Shown here: piece after piece, positions 26,766-39,315 of the stretch
Position numbering within the stretch: position 1 is the first letter of the stretch
Layout of the letters: every line of letters begins with the position of its first letter
From: Octopus sinensis
Lineage: Eukaryota
Direction: 5' to 3'
DNA length: 64,000 nucleotides
Assembly (NCBI RefSeq): GCF_006345805.1
Contig: NC_043019.1
Location: forward strand, 15,189,360 to 15,253,359
Made by a program: the position numbers and the translations under genes
Notes under the pieces: model-generated
Told to the model about the DNA's origin: nothing
Database searches by the model: none
Seen by the model: the letters and a program-made list of their open reading frames with translations, nothing else

Positions 26766-27134
26766 TTGACAACACACCACAAGAAGCCTGCCCCCACCTC
26801 TCTCACTCTCTCTTTGTCTTTGGTTTAATTTACACTAAAACAAAAACAAAGAATGTATATGAATGAATATGGGTGTGTGTATATATGTGTGTATACACAT
26901 ATGCAAATATAAATATGCATATGTACATAAAAGTGTGCATATATATGCATATGTGTATATGTATGCATGTGACTATATATACATATACACATATATATAT
27001 TACATATATATACACATATATACATATACACATAAACGATGATGATGATGATGATGATGATGATATATGTACTATATACACACACACACACACATACTAT
27101 GTACACATGTACATATATACATATGTATATACAT

Positions 27135-27182
<48 letters not shown>

Positions 27183-28571
27183 ACACATACACACACACAC
27201 ATATATATACATATATAAAATCAATAGCTAACATGTGTGCTCCACGTTACACTGCATCATCATCTCCCTCTCTCTCTCTCTCTCTCTCCCTCTTTTTCCC
27301 ACATTGTATGTAAGAGTGCTCCCTCTTCCTCTTCCTCCTCCACCACAACTCCCAGGAAGTTAATAGAATCCAGTAACAAACACGTTTAACCCTTGTGTGA
27401 CCACATTCCTAATGAAATAACACTGCGAGGCTGCTTCTTCACCATTAAACAACATCATGGATGCACGGAGAACATCAACAAAAAGCAAGCAGTTTTTTTT
27501 TTTTACTGCAGGTTTTTTGTAATTTTTTTCCCCAGGGTTCAACTAACCATTACTAACTACTGCGCCCCAGCATGGCTATAGGACAGTGGCCATGCTGGGG
27601 CACAACCTTGAAGGGTTTAGTCAAACAAATTGAGCCCCCGCTCCCAGTCCTTATTTTAAAATCTGCTACTTACTGATTTTCTCCCCCCCCCACCCCTCGA
27701 ACCGCTAAATTATGGGGACATAATCAAACCAACAGAGGTTATCAAGTGGTGGTGGTAGTGGTGGTGGTGGTGATAATGATTATGGTGATGGTAGTAATGG
27801 GTACAAATATATACACACACACATATATACTTACATAAAACAGGCTTCCACACAGTTTTCATCCACCAAAGTCACTCACAAAGCTTTAGTCGGCCCAAAG
27901 CTACAATAGAAGACACTTGCCCATGGTGCCACGCAATGGGATTGAACCTGGAACCATGTGGTGGGAAAGCAAGCTTCTTACCACACAGCCACGCCTGTAA
28001 CCATGTTGAGTTGAAAGCCTTTTTAAGACAGCAAGCTAGCAGAATCATTATCATGCCAGGTAGAAAGCTTAGCAGCATTTCATCCACCTTGAGGTCCCAG
28101 GTTCAAATTCCACCTAAATTGACTTTGCAGTTCATCCTTTTGGGATCAATAAAATAAGTACAAATTGAGTAATGGAGCTGATGTAACTGACTGGCCCCTA
28201 TTTCTCTCCCAAAATTTCAGGCCTTGTGTCTCTATAGCAGAGAGCATTATTTACTTTGAACTAACATTGAAAACCAGGTCATCAATAATAATGAATGCGA
28301 AATTCTGTCTGTGCGTCCATCTGGAACTGCTGTATCTCAGTCTACATTTGCTGAATGTAGACATATTATACTTTTTTGGAATCAGGATGATCCCATGATT
28401 GAAAATTTGCCTTTCATTTCGTTCAAAAACGTCCAGCAATGGGGTCAGGTCTGGATGAGGATTTGTTGTATGCTAACAGCCGAAAATACAAATTTTAAAA
28501 GAACTCCAAAAATTTATGAACTCGACAATTTTCTCATTTAAACTGAATTTAAGGTAATACCATATTTATAT

Positions 28572-28798
28572 TTCTTTATTGCCCACAAGGGGCTAAACAT
28601 AGAGGGGACAAACAAGGACAGACAAAAGGATTAAGTTGATTACATTGACCCAGTGCGTAACTGGTACTTAATTTATCGACCCCGAAAGGATGAAAGGCAA
28701 AGTCGACCTCGGCGGAATTTGAACTCAGAACGTAGCGGCAGACGAAACACTGCTAAGCATTTCGCCCAGCGTGTTAATGTTTCTGCCAGCTCGCCGCC
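28572..28798 (-). mobile_element. Full-length SINE B (tail variant a)
   Basis: Close reverse-complement match to 13227-13457. Confidence 0.9.
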
Positions 28799-28804
28799 AT
28801 ATTG

Positions 28805-29045
28805 ATCGGAGACCCCCTTCGGTCATGAATGACCATGGGATTGCACCTAGAAAGTCCCCTCCAAGGAACAAGTCCGGGCAAGGTTGTTTATGGAAGACCA
28901 GCAGCCGCCCATGCATACCAGCTTCTCTCCACGCCACCAATGTTATCCAAGGGAAAGGCAAAGGGGCCGATACAGCTTGGCACCTGTGACATCACAACTT
29001 ATTTCATGGCCCCAAGTGCTGTTTTCACTTGGGGCCATGAACATC
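28805..29045 (-). mobile_element. SINE E, 3' part
   Basis: Reverse complement of 6860-7070. Confidence 0.75.
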
Positions 29046-29360
29046 ATTTCAGAAGAATTCGTTGCATGAATTTATGACAAGAAATTCTCAATTCCAATAT
29101 GCAAAACATGAATGCTTTAAAACAAAGGGGTTTTGGAGCATCGTCAGAAATGAACTAGAGGTAGTCTCAGGTGGTTTGATAATCGAAAAGTTTTTTTTTT
29201 TAAATGTCATTCAGAAACCAGCAGGCTTAAGCCTTTTTAAAACCATCTCCCCAAGGGTCGCTTTTTTTTCTCTTCCGCTTGGTCTCCCTGGAATAATTTA
29301 CAATAAAACACTGCAGAAAAAAAAAATATATATATATGTATATATATCATACATATACAT

Positions 29361-29392
<32 letters not shown>

Positions 29393-29436
29393 GTATGTAT
29401 GTGTGTGTAATACATTATATTATATATGAAAAACAT

Positions 29437-29478
<42 letters not shown>

Positions 29479-29572
29479 ATATACATACATATATATACAC
29501 ACACACATATATATACACACATATATATATACACACCACACACATATATATATGCATGTGTGTATATATATG

Positions 29573-29622
<50 letters not shown>

Positions 29623-29660
29623 TAATATATATATATATATGTATGTATGGTGTGTGTGTA

Positions 29661-29700
<40 letters not shown>

Positions 29701-29813
29701 TAATGTGTGTGTATGCAATAGAAAGAATCAATATCAATAAATATTCTGCTTTACATCTGTCTTCCTATGAGTATTGCTAGAGCATTGTACTCTGTGCTTT
29801 TGTTTCCCGCCAG

Positions 29814-29954
29814 CACATTTTGAAGACGGATCGGGTTCCAGTGTCCTGTTACACACAAACACACAAGATTTAATGTCATCGGGACACTCCATTACAGAGA
29901 CGGATTCAGCCTCAAGCATTGTCAAAACAGCTGGATCATTTCCAAACCCACTTG
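29814..29954 (+). CDS. Candidate 141-bp symmetric (phase 1-1) internal exon, Ser/Thr-rich, unidentified protein
   Basis: Acceptor tgcttttgtttcccgccag, donor ttg/gtaaat, single open + frame HFEDGSGSSVLLHTNTQDLMSSGHSITETDSASSIVKTAGSFPNPL, unique sequence between SSRs. Confidence 0.5.
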
Positions 29955-29993
29955 GTAAATTATGAATATATATACATGTGGGTGTGTGGGTGT

Positions 29994-30071
<78 letters not shown>

Positions 30072-30418
30072 CATACATACACATATATACATACACACAC
30101 AGACACACATAAAGTAGATATTTGTACACATGCAAACACACATATTCACACATACACAAAGATAACCATGCATACATATGTATACACAATATTAAATGAT
30201 TACGGCAACACACACACACACACACATATATATATACATACATATTTACATACACGCCACACTCACACACCCGTAGGTATATGTACACATATATACACAT
30301 ATACACATTCAAACATATATACATAGATATCCATGCAGACATACATATCATGGTGACATATATAACATATATATACACACACACAGACACATACACATGT
30401 ACACACTTATATTTGTAG

Positions 30419-30570
30419 AAACCAGAAGCACAATCCAAACATGCCAGACACCTTCGCCGCTCATATTTCCGCATGTTCTTCCCTCAATGTCGCTGCAGCT
30501 CCACAAGCGCTTTATGGAAATGCATTCAGACAACACACAATGGCCATTGTTAAATTTGCTGGCAGGCTTT
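30419..30570 (+). CDS. Candidate exon, frame unresolved
   Basis: GC-rich unique patch after tttgtag; all three + frames open for more than 120 nt; no clear donor. Confidence 0.25.
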
Positions 30571-30892
30571 TTTTTTCATGGGAGAAGGGACTATATTTAT
30601 CCAATCAAAATGATAATAATAATAAAAGAAATAGGTCACATGGGCGGCAAGCCTCTTTGAATCCCCTTAATTACTCAACATAATTACATAACTGTTTTCT
30701 GGAGTTTCTGTCTCCCTTATTTATCTCTCTTCGTGGCTGTGTAGTTAAGAATCCCTCTTTGCAAACCATATGGTTCTGGGCATGGCATTGAGGACCAGTA
30801 TCTTCTAATTATAACCCCAGGCTGGCCAACACCTCATGAGTGGGTTTAGTAGACAGAAATTGTGTGAAAGCCCATGATATGTGTGTGTGTAT

Positions 30893-31295
30893 ATTACTCT
30901 TTTACTCTTTTACTTGTTTCAGTCATTTGATTGCGGCCATGCTGGAGCACCGCCTTTAGTCGAGCAACTCGACCCCGGGACTTATTCTTTTTGTAAGCCC
31001 AGTACTTATTCTATCGGTCTCTTTTTGCCGAACCACTAAGTGATGGGGACGTAAACACACCAGCATCGGTTGTCAAGCAATGCTAGGGGGACAATCACAA
31101 ACACACAAACACACAAACATATACACACATACATATATATACAACAGGCTTCTTTCAGTTTCCGTCTACCAAATCCACTCACAAAGCATTGGTCGGCCCA
31201 GGGCTATAGCAGAAGACACTTGCCCAAGATGCCATGCAGTGGGAATGAAACCGGAACCATGTGGTTGGTTAGCAAGCTACTTACCACACAGACAA
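30893..31295 (-). mobile_element. SINE family A, full length
   Basis: Complete head to tail. Confidence 0.85.
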
Positions 31296-31654
31296 TCCTG
31301 CGCCTTTATTTATATACACACACACATGATGGACCTGAGAAGGCACACAATGGTCCTTTGAAGGCTCATGGCTTAATGGTTAGGATGCTGCACTCACAAT
31401 TGTGAAATGATGATTGTGATTCCCAGACCATTCCCTAACCATTAAGCCATGTGCTTTGGATCAGTTATGTGATCGGTGTGCGCAGACACTTAGTCATAAT
31501 GAAACCACCATTCTCCACTTTGCCACAGTTCATGGCGTTTTCATCTCACAGCGTCCTGCAAATTCTTCAGAACTGCCAAATAAAATATCTGCCAAACAGT
31601 TTGACCAAGAGGGGCTAATTCTGTTTGAACAATTCCCTTTTCATCAACTCTTAC

Positions 31655-32130
31655 TCTCTCTTTACTCTTTTGCTTGTTTCAGTCATTTGACTGCAGCCAT
31701 GCTGGAGCACCGCCTTAAGTCAAGCAAATTGATCCCAGGACTTATTCTTTGTAAGCCTAGTACTTATTCTATCAGTCTCTTTTGCCGAACCACTAAGTTA
31801 CAGGGACGTAAACACACCACCATCGGTTGTCAAGCGATGTTGGGGGGGACAAACACAGACACACAAATATATACACACATATATATATATATGATGGGCT
31901 TCTTTCAGTTTCCGTTTACCAAAGTTTCCGTCAACAAAAATCAAGGAACAGCATACAGTTCCTTCGTTCCAGCCATCACAAAAATCAAGGAACATTCAAC
32001 AGGCTTTTAAACAGTTTCCGTTTACCAAATTCCCTCACAAGGTATTGGTCAGCCTTGGGTTATTGTAGAAGACATTCGCCCAATGTGCCACACAGCGGGA
32101 CGGAACGTGGAACCTTGTGGATGCAGTCAT
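31655..32130 (-). mobile_element. SINE family A carrying an 88-bp insertion
   Basis: A consensus interrupted at 31924-32011. Confidence 0.8.
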
Positions 32131-32367
32131 ATAAAGGCACCTATGATATAGGACATCAAAAATGAAAACAAAAAAAAAAAAAACACAACACAAACAGAAT
32201 TGTTAGACAAGTCCCAAAATACTTTGAAGAACCGAGTCAAGAAATATTCCAAACACCAACATGTAAAAGGATAAAAGATCCGGTTGATGGGAATATTTTG
32301 CTGCTAAACTGAAAACAAACTTTATCTTCCTATGTAAACGTCCGTTTGGTTGGGAATCTAAACTGAC

Positions 32368-32419
32368 CGTTTTCAAAGACGGCAGCGGCGTCTGGCACTC
32401 GCATCATGTTCTTCGACAT
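32368..32419 (-). CDS. Candidate first coding exon (MSKNMMRVPDAAAVFEN, phase 1)
   Basis: CpG-rich patch, ATG at 32419, donor cg/gtcagt at 32368, (GA)n upstream. Confidence 0.3.
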
Positions 32420-33528
32420 CGCAATTTTGCTTCGACTTGAAGAATTACTGGAATGTTTTAACAGAAATCGGAATCCCCCCCACACACACACACTCTCTCT
32501 CTCTCTCTCTCTCAGCTTTTGGTATGGCATGATACATTAATTCCAAATGGAATTTTTTTAACAAATCCTTGATTCCACCCACTCATTCTTTACACATACA
32601 CACAGCTGAATATGCAGCAGGGGTACTTTCAGCTGCTATATTGGGGTACCACAAGCAACACCGTAAATTCAGTTTTGTATAATATTCCTGTCTCTGAGAT
32701 TGCAAATAGGAATGTAAGTGAGAGAGAGAGATACAGAGGGAGAGAGAGAAAGAGGTAGAGAGAGAGAGAGAGAGATACAGCGAGTGAGAGAGAGAGATAC
32801 AGATATATATATATATATAGAGAGAGAGGCAGCTAGAGAGAGATACAGAGACAGACAGACAGACAGAGATACAAAGAGAGAGAAATAGAGAGGGAGAGAT
32901 ATAGAAAGAAAGAAATATGGAGAGAGAGATAGAGGGAGTGACATAGAGAGAGAGAGAGAAATACAGATAGAGATATATAGAGAGAGAAATAGGGAGATAA
33001 ATACAAAGAGAGAGAGAGAGAGAGAGAGAAAGAAAGTCTCTTTCTTTCTTTTCTTCCTGCCTTTTTCCACACATACACCCCCCACCCCGCCCCCATGCCC
33101 CGCCCAAATGCTCCTGTTTAACTCTACTTCTCACATTACAAGCCAATGAGGGAACTTATGTGGGTGGAAAGCCTACAAGAAGTAGTAGCCCAAATCTCCC
33201 TCAAAATCACACCTTGTCTTCAAAAAACCAGGAAAGATGATGGGTGCAGGCACGGCTGTGTGGTAAGAAGTTTGGTTCCCAACCCACCTGGTTCCAGGTT
33301 CAATCCCACTGTGGGACACCTTGGGCAAGTGTCTTCTATTACAACCTTGGGCTGACCAAAGCCTTGTAAGAGGATTTGGCAAACAGAAACTGAAAGAAGC
33401 TTGTTACTGATGATAGAAAACGGGAATTTTCCCCTAATCCTGAAATCAATTGATACGCGACTGACCCTTTTCCTGAATCTTTTTCATTTATTTCCCTGAG
33501 TTCAACACATGTTTATTGTGATATTTAA

Positions 33529-33747
33529 CCCTTTAGTGTTCTGATTATTCAATCAAACATAATACTTATTGATTCCCATTAATTTGAATTAATCATGCAT
33601 TATCTCATATCTTCAAGATCTTGATGGTGTAATTACTTAATGTAGAATAACATTGTAGGGTAGGTGTGAGAGCCTGGATCTGGTTAGTTTGAACACAAAA
33701 CAGATTAACTATTTTGGCCGGATATGGCCGGTTTAAATACTAAAGGG
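33529..33747. mobile_element. piggyBac-type MITE
   Basis: TTAA-CCCTTTAGT...ACTAAAGGG-TTAA. Confidence 0.85.
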
Positions 33748-34009
33748 TTAAGGTAGTTCAGAGCCATTTGGCATCTTCTTTCAGCATGTGCCAAGGCCTG
33801 TGTACTTACTCGCTTACCTTGAATATAAATTTATAAATATACATCACCGCCGGATTGAATGGTACTGTCCAGGTGTTGAACCCTTAATGAGGCAGCTGGT
33901 GATAAAGGTATGTTGGATTGTTGGTATGGCTGTTTTTGTATACGTGGAATAGTACCAGGCTCACAAAGAATAAGTCCTGCGGCCAATTTCTTTGACTAAA
34001 ACCCTTTAA

Positions 34010-34230
34010 CCCTTTAGTGTTCAGATTACTCTGTTAAATGTAATGCTTTTTTATTTAAATTGTTTTGAATTAATCATGCATTACCTCATAGCTTTGAGGT
34101 TTCAATGATGTGATTGTTTATTTTTAGACTGTCAATGTAGGTTAGGTGTGAGAGGCTAGATATGGCCAGTTTGAATATAAAATATGTAGAATATATTGGG
34201 CCGGATTTGGCCAGTTTAAATACTAAAGGG
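34010..34230. mobile_element. piggyBac-type MITE, same family and orientation, diverged
   Basis: TTAA-CCCTTTAGT...ACTAAAGGG-TTAA; sits in an A-family tail fragment. Confidence 0.85.
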
Positions 34231-34284
34231 TTAAGCTAAATGACTGTAATGTGTAAAAGAATAAAAGAATATATATATAAATAT

Positions 34285-34670
34285 AGGCGTAGGAGTGGCT
34301 GTGTGGTAAGTAGCTTGCTTACCAGCCACATGGTTCCAGGTTCAGTCCCACTGTGTAGCACCTTGGGCAAATGTCTTCTACTATAGCATCAGGCCAACCA
34401 AAGCCTTGTGAGTGGATTTGGTAGACGGAAACTGAAAGAAGCCCATCGTATATATGTGTGTGTGTGTGTATGTTTGTGTGTCTGTGTTTGTCCCTCTAAC
34501 ATCACTTGACAACTGATGCTGGTGTGTTTACATCCCTGTAACTTAGCAGTTCGGCAAAAGAGACGGATACAATAAGTACTAGGCTTACAAAGAATAAGTC
34601 CCAGGGTCAATTCGCTCGACTAAAGGTAGTGCTCCAGCATGTCCGCAGTCAAGTGACTGAAACAAGTAAA

Positions 34671-34680
<10 letters not shown>
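34285..34680 (+). mobile_element. SINE family A, full length
   Basis: Complete head to tail. Confidence 0.85.
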
Positions 34681-34721
<41 letters not shown>

Positions 34722-35938
34722 TAGATAGATAGACAGACAGACAGTCAGACAGACAGATAGACAGACAGACAGATACACAGACAGACAGACAGACAGCTAG
34801 ACAGACAGACAGATAGACAGACAAACAGATAGATGTACAGACAGATAGACAGACGGATAGGCAGATATTTGACACAGCTACTCCAAATGCAGACTTCATG
34901 TCTACCACCGACATTAGTAGTTATAATTAATTAGTCATGCCACAATTCAAATTGTTGTTGTTATTCTTATTATTGCCGTACACTTCATGAAAGAGCTTCT
35001 GTGTCGTTATTTTAGCCTTGAACATCCACAACTTTGAATAGTTTGCGCAACATCTCCCAATAGAATTTTTAATATATTACAAAACAGCCACAGCCTGAAT
35101 GTCAACCAAACAAAGCACCGGACACCCCACACCTATGTACAAAGCAGCGAGTGTAGTTATCAAGTCATAAATGGTCGGATGTCTCTGTTGTGCATCTGTA
35201 AACATACTTAGAGCTTTGCTGTGTAAACACGGTCAGCCTAGGTGTGTAAACATACATTGTTACTCTTGCTGCGAAGAGTGTTTTGTTTTGGGATTAAAAC
35301 AAAAGTTAATGAGAGCTTGTAATCAGGAAACAAGCTGTTGTGGTTTTAAGGGTTCTTAAATTCTCTTTGGGTTTTTGGTAAACCTATTTTCTATTCAATG
35401 AATAGGACACAGGCAGCTTATGAACATATAAACATTCACCCGCCCATCCCCACAAGCCATGGACGCCCTGTAAAGGGCCATAGGCACAGCCGGCCCTCCT
35501 GACCATGAACAAAAATAACCAGAAGAAAATTTCTTCTTCAGAACATAGGATCAAGTGGAATAGAGGGGAAGATTAAGTGGGTAAAACATGAAACAGTCTG
35601 GTTTCATGTATTACCCATCTATTTTCTTTATCCGTTATTTCCAGGATTGTGGGGTAGTGTCCGCCAAACATCTTTGTCATAGGGTCCTATCAGAAGTGAT
35701 CATCGTTATCACACTTTCCCAGTTTGATTACACTGTTATTAATTTGTTTTTTTCTAATGTTTAGTAATAACAAAACAAACTTACATGTGCAGAAAATTTG
35801 TAACTTTTGCCACCGTAAACAGAATCAACAAACTCACCTGAAAATAGAATAAAACAGAAATTAGAGATAATTGAATAATTATATATTTAAAGGGATTAGA
35901 ATGACAAGCAAATACAATGTTATGTTATGAACTTCATT

Positions 35939-36015
35939 GGCTTACTGCTGTTTCTGCTATGATGCAATGCACTCATAGTTGAATGAGTGTCACCTCATAG
36001 CTTCATCAGAGCTGC
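35939..36015 (-). ncRNA. Minimal type I hammerhead ribozyme with long helix II
   Basis: GCU-CUGAUGA-a-GCUAUGA..CACUCAU(ucaacu)AUGAGUG..UCAUAGC-a-GAAAC-agca-GUA-AGC. Confidence 0.7.
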
Positions 36016-36052
36016 AAACATGAAGTGCAATTTTATTTGGAAAAACATATAC

Positions 36053-36089
<37 letters not shown>

Positions 36090-36409
36090 AGCAAAACTCC
36101 CCCTCCACCCACCCGTCCAATGGACGGTGCTGAGTTGTCAAACATTCAAACCAAATTTTCTCAAAACAAAGGCCTCCCTTTGAGAAACACTGATTTAACC
36201 TAAATTTGAGACACCAGCAAAAGAAGAAATAAAGATAGACTTTTTTTTCTATTCCAAAGAAAAACGATTTTATTCACACAAATATGCAAGCGAAGAGTTT
36301 AAAGTACCAGTAATGATAAGACTGTTGACTGGGAGAACACAAACATGGTTTAAACAGTAAGCTTGGCAGGAAAGAAACGTGCCTTTAAGCAGTACAAGAA
36401 CAACAAAAA

Positions 36410-36637
36410 ATGGAAGGTGCAGTTATGTACAGGTTGACGGAAGAAAAGCAGGACAAAAACGGCTTTATCGATCACATTCTCACAATCGATTTTTGTAATT
36501 TTTTCAAGACTTATACACGGCCTGATACCGTCTGTATCTACACATCAAATTTGAGCGCAATTGGATGGAGGATGCCCGAGTTCCTAGAAGACACACAGAC
36601 AGACAGACTGAATGGATTTTATATAATAGATATAGAT
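36410..36637 (-). mobile_element. Possible non-autonomous Helitron-like (DINE/HINE type) element end
   Basis: Reverse strand starts atctatatctattatataaa followed by (gtct)n and caattgcgctcaaattt, the layout typical of such elements. Confidence 0.4.
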
Positions 36638-36945
36638 ACAGAAAAGCACTGCCTACCAATGAAAAAACATCAATATATGTAGGAAATGAATTTAGGAGTT
36701 TGAGTGGGAGAAGCCCTTCCCAGAATGAGAATAAGATAATTTTATCTATACCTGTGTGCATAAAGAGAGGTATATGAAGAACTTTTCTGTAAAGAAGTAA
36801 AAAAAAGAAACAAATGAAAATATGTCCCAGGAATAGAGATAGATTGAAAGATACAGGATCCAAGACAATGAGAGAAAGAGAAAAAGAGTGGAAAAATAGA
36901 TAGACAGAATGATAGACTGACACACACGCACACACGTATATATAA

Positions 36946-37710
36946 GTCGACTCTGAAAGGATGAAAGGCAAAGATGACTTCGACAGGATGTAAGGCAAAA
37001 ATCAACTCTGAAAGAATGAAAGGCAAAGTCAGCCACGAAAGGATGAAAGGCAAAAATCGACCCCGAAAGGATGAAAGGCAAAGTCGACCTTGAAAGAATG
37101 AAAGGCAAAGTCAGCCCTGAAAGGATCATCATCATCATCATCATCATCGTTTAGCGTCCGCTTTCCATGCTAGCATGGGTTGGACGGTTCTACTGGGGTC
37201 TGTGAAGCCAGAAGGCTTCATCAGGCCCAGTCAAATCTGGCAGTGTTTCTACGACTGGATGCCCTTCCTAACGCCAAGGCAAACGATGAAAGGCAAAATT
37301 GATCCTGAAAGGATGAAAGGCAAAATTGACCCCCAAAAGGATGTAAGTTGACTCTGACAGGATGTAAGGCAAAGTGGACCCCAAAAGAATGAAAGGCAAA
37401 GTCAGCCCTAAAAGCATGAAAGCCAAAATCGACCCCAAAAGGATGAAAGGCAAAATTGACCCCGAAAGGATAAAAGGCAAAATTGACCCCAAAAGGATGT
37501 AAGGCAAAGTGGATCCCAAAAGGATAGAAGGCAAAGTTGACCCCAAAAGTATGAAAGGCTTTGTCAGCTCTGAGAGGATGTAAGGCAGAGTTGACCCCAA
37601 AAGGATGAAAGCTAAAGCCAACCTCAGCAGAATATGAACTCTGAACATAGAACCAGAAGAAATGCTTAGCAGAATTTTGTCCAGGTTGCTAACAATTTTG
37701 CCAGCTCAAC
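36946..37710 (-). repeat. 27-bp minisatellite (about 19-20 units) expanded inside a SINE B, interrupted by a family C insertion at about 37127-37275
   Basis: Unit gaccccaaaaggatgaaaggcaaaatt; 9-aa periodic ORF LPFILLGST; last unit runs into the B head (gaatatgaactc...gccagctc). Confidence 0.9.
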
Positions 37711-38377
37711 ACTTTAATGATAATGAAAATAATAAAAACAAAACCAAGGTAGGACGTATCTTATTAGCTAGAACGAATCTAAACCACCATGGTTGAAACT
37801 GAACCATAAATGGCTCAGCAAGCTTTGATGATGTTCTGAACACTGCCTTAATTAGTGGACCGTTAATTGCTAGATACACTATGTCACACACACACACACA
37901 CACATATAAAAACACAAATACACAGAAGCAGGCACAGACATACACAGTGAGAGAGGGAGACACACACACACACACACACACAATACACACATACACAACA
38001 CACACAACATACACACACACATACACACACTGTTGATAACATGTTTTTGCATAAAACAAGGAAATAAATTAACACAAGAAAGATATGCAGAATAATTTTT
38101 ATTACTACTACTACCACCACCATCACCACCACCACCACCACTACTACTAAATGCTTCCTCCTCTCGCAATGGACACGACCACTACTCCTGGTAGTTTTTA
38201 GTTAACTCTTTCAAGTGGACTCCATTTTGTGGGTTTTTTCTTCCTTTTCGTTAGTTGATTGAGATAGCTGACTCCCCTCCCCTCCACCATCTCGTAATAT
38301 CCAATTTGTGTTTAGACAGAAAAATCCCCACTCACAATTCAGGAATAAAAATACATGTGTGTGTGTATGTGTGTATA

Positions 38378-38750
38378 GTGGCACTCCGTCAGTTATGACG
38401 ATGAGGATTCCAGTTGAGCCAATCAACAGAACAGCCTGCTCATGAAATGAAGGTGCAAGTGGCTGAGCCCTCCACAGACACGTCTACCCTTAACGTAGTT
38501 CTCAGGGGAGATTCAGCGTGACACAGAGTGTGTCAAGGCTGGCCCCTTTGAAATGCAGGTACAACAGAAACAGGAAGAAAGAGTGAGTGTAAGTTGTGGT
38601 GAAAGAGGGCAGCAGAGTTCGCCACCCCCTCTGCCAGAGACTCGTGGAGCTGTAAGTGTTTTCGCTCAATAAAAACAACGCCCGGTCTGGGAATTGAAAC
38701 TGCGATCCTACGGCCGTGAGTCCACTGCCCTAACCACTGAGCCATTGCGA
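38378..38750 (-). mobile_element. SINE family F
   Basis: Matches 12748-13128. Confidence 0.85.
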
Positions 38751-39279
38751 TTCGCCATAATAGATCGCTAGCCACTATATCTTTTTCTATATATATATAT
38801 ATAATCACCATCGTCATCATCATTTAACATCCCTTTTCCCATGCCTGCAATGATCTTTTTCACAGTTTCTGTCATGCAAACAGCAGAACTGTGTATTTCT
38901 CAAGAGAAATCAGGAATCAGCAGACTTTAGGTGCTTGGACATCCAATTCCAGTAAAAAAGACAGGGCAGCCCCAAAATTGAGGCCCCAAAAAATCAAAAA
39001 GCAAATCGTATACTTTCAAAGTTGTTAAGACAAGAAAAAGGGGTCACTTACACCCACATCATTACAGAAGTGAAGGTTTGTATTATTAAACCCTCTCTGT
39101 TTATTATGATTGATCCTTTCATGCATGCACACAGATGTGGGTGGACCAAGCCCTAAACCCCCACCCCATATTCATCCCTTCGTTAATGGAACTACGGCTA
39201 AAAATGGCAAACTTGAAACTTGTGGAATCATTTATTGAGGAAATGTGACATAGTCAATATATAATGATTATAATAATGT

Positions 39280-39313
<34 letters not shown>

Positions 39314-39315
<2 letters not shown>

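Noticed and set aside
27385-27560. TTAACCCTT piggyBac-like left end
   Set aside because: No matching right TIR was found.
28268-28500. Short exon-like pieces (VINNNECEILSVRPSG; MGSGLDEDLLYANSRKYKF*)
   Set aside because: Splice sites are weak or incomplete and the pieces cannot be linked to a gene model.
36946-37640. CRISPR-like array or repeat protein (LPFILLGST)n
   Set aside because: The units are contiguous with no unique spacers, derive from SINE B, and lie in a eukaryotic context with no cas genes.
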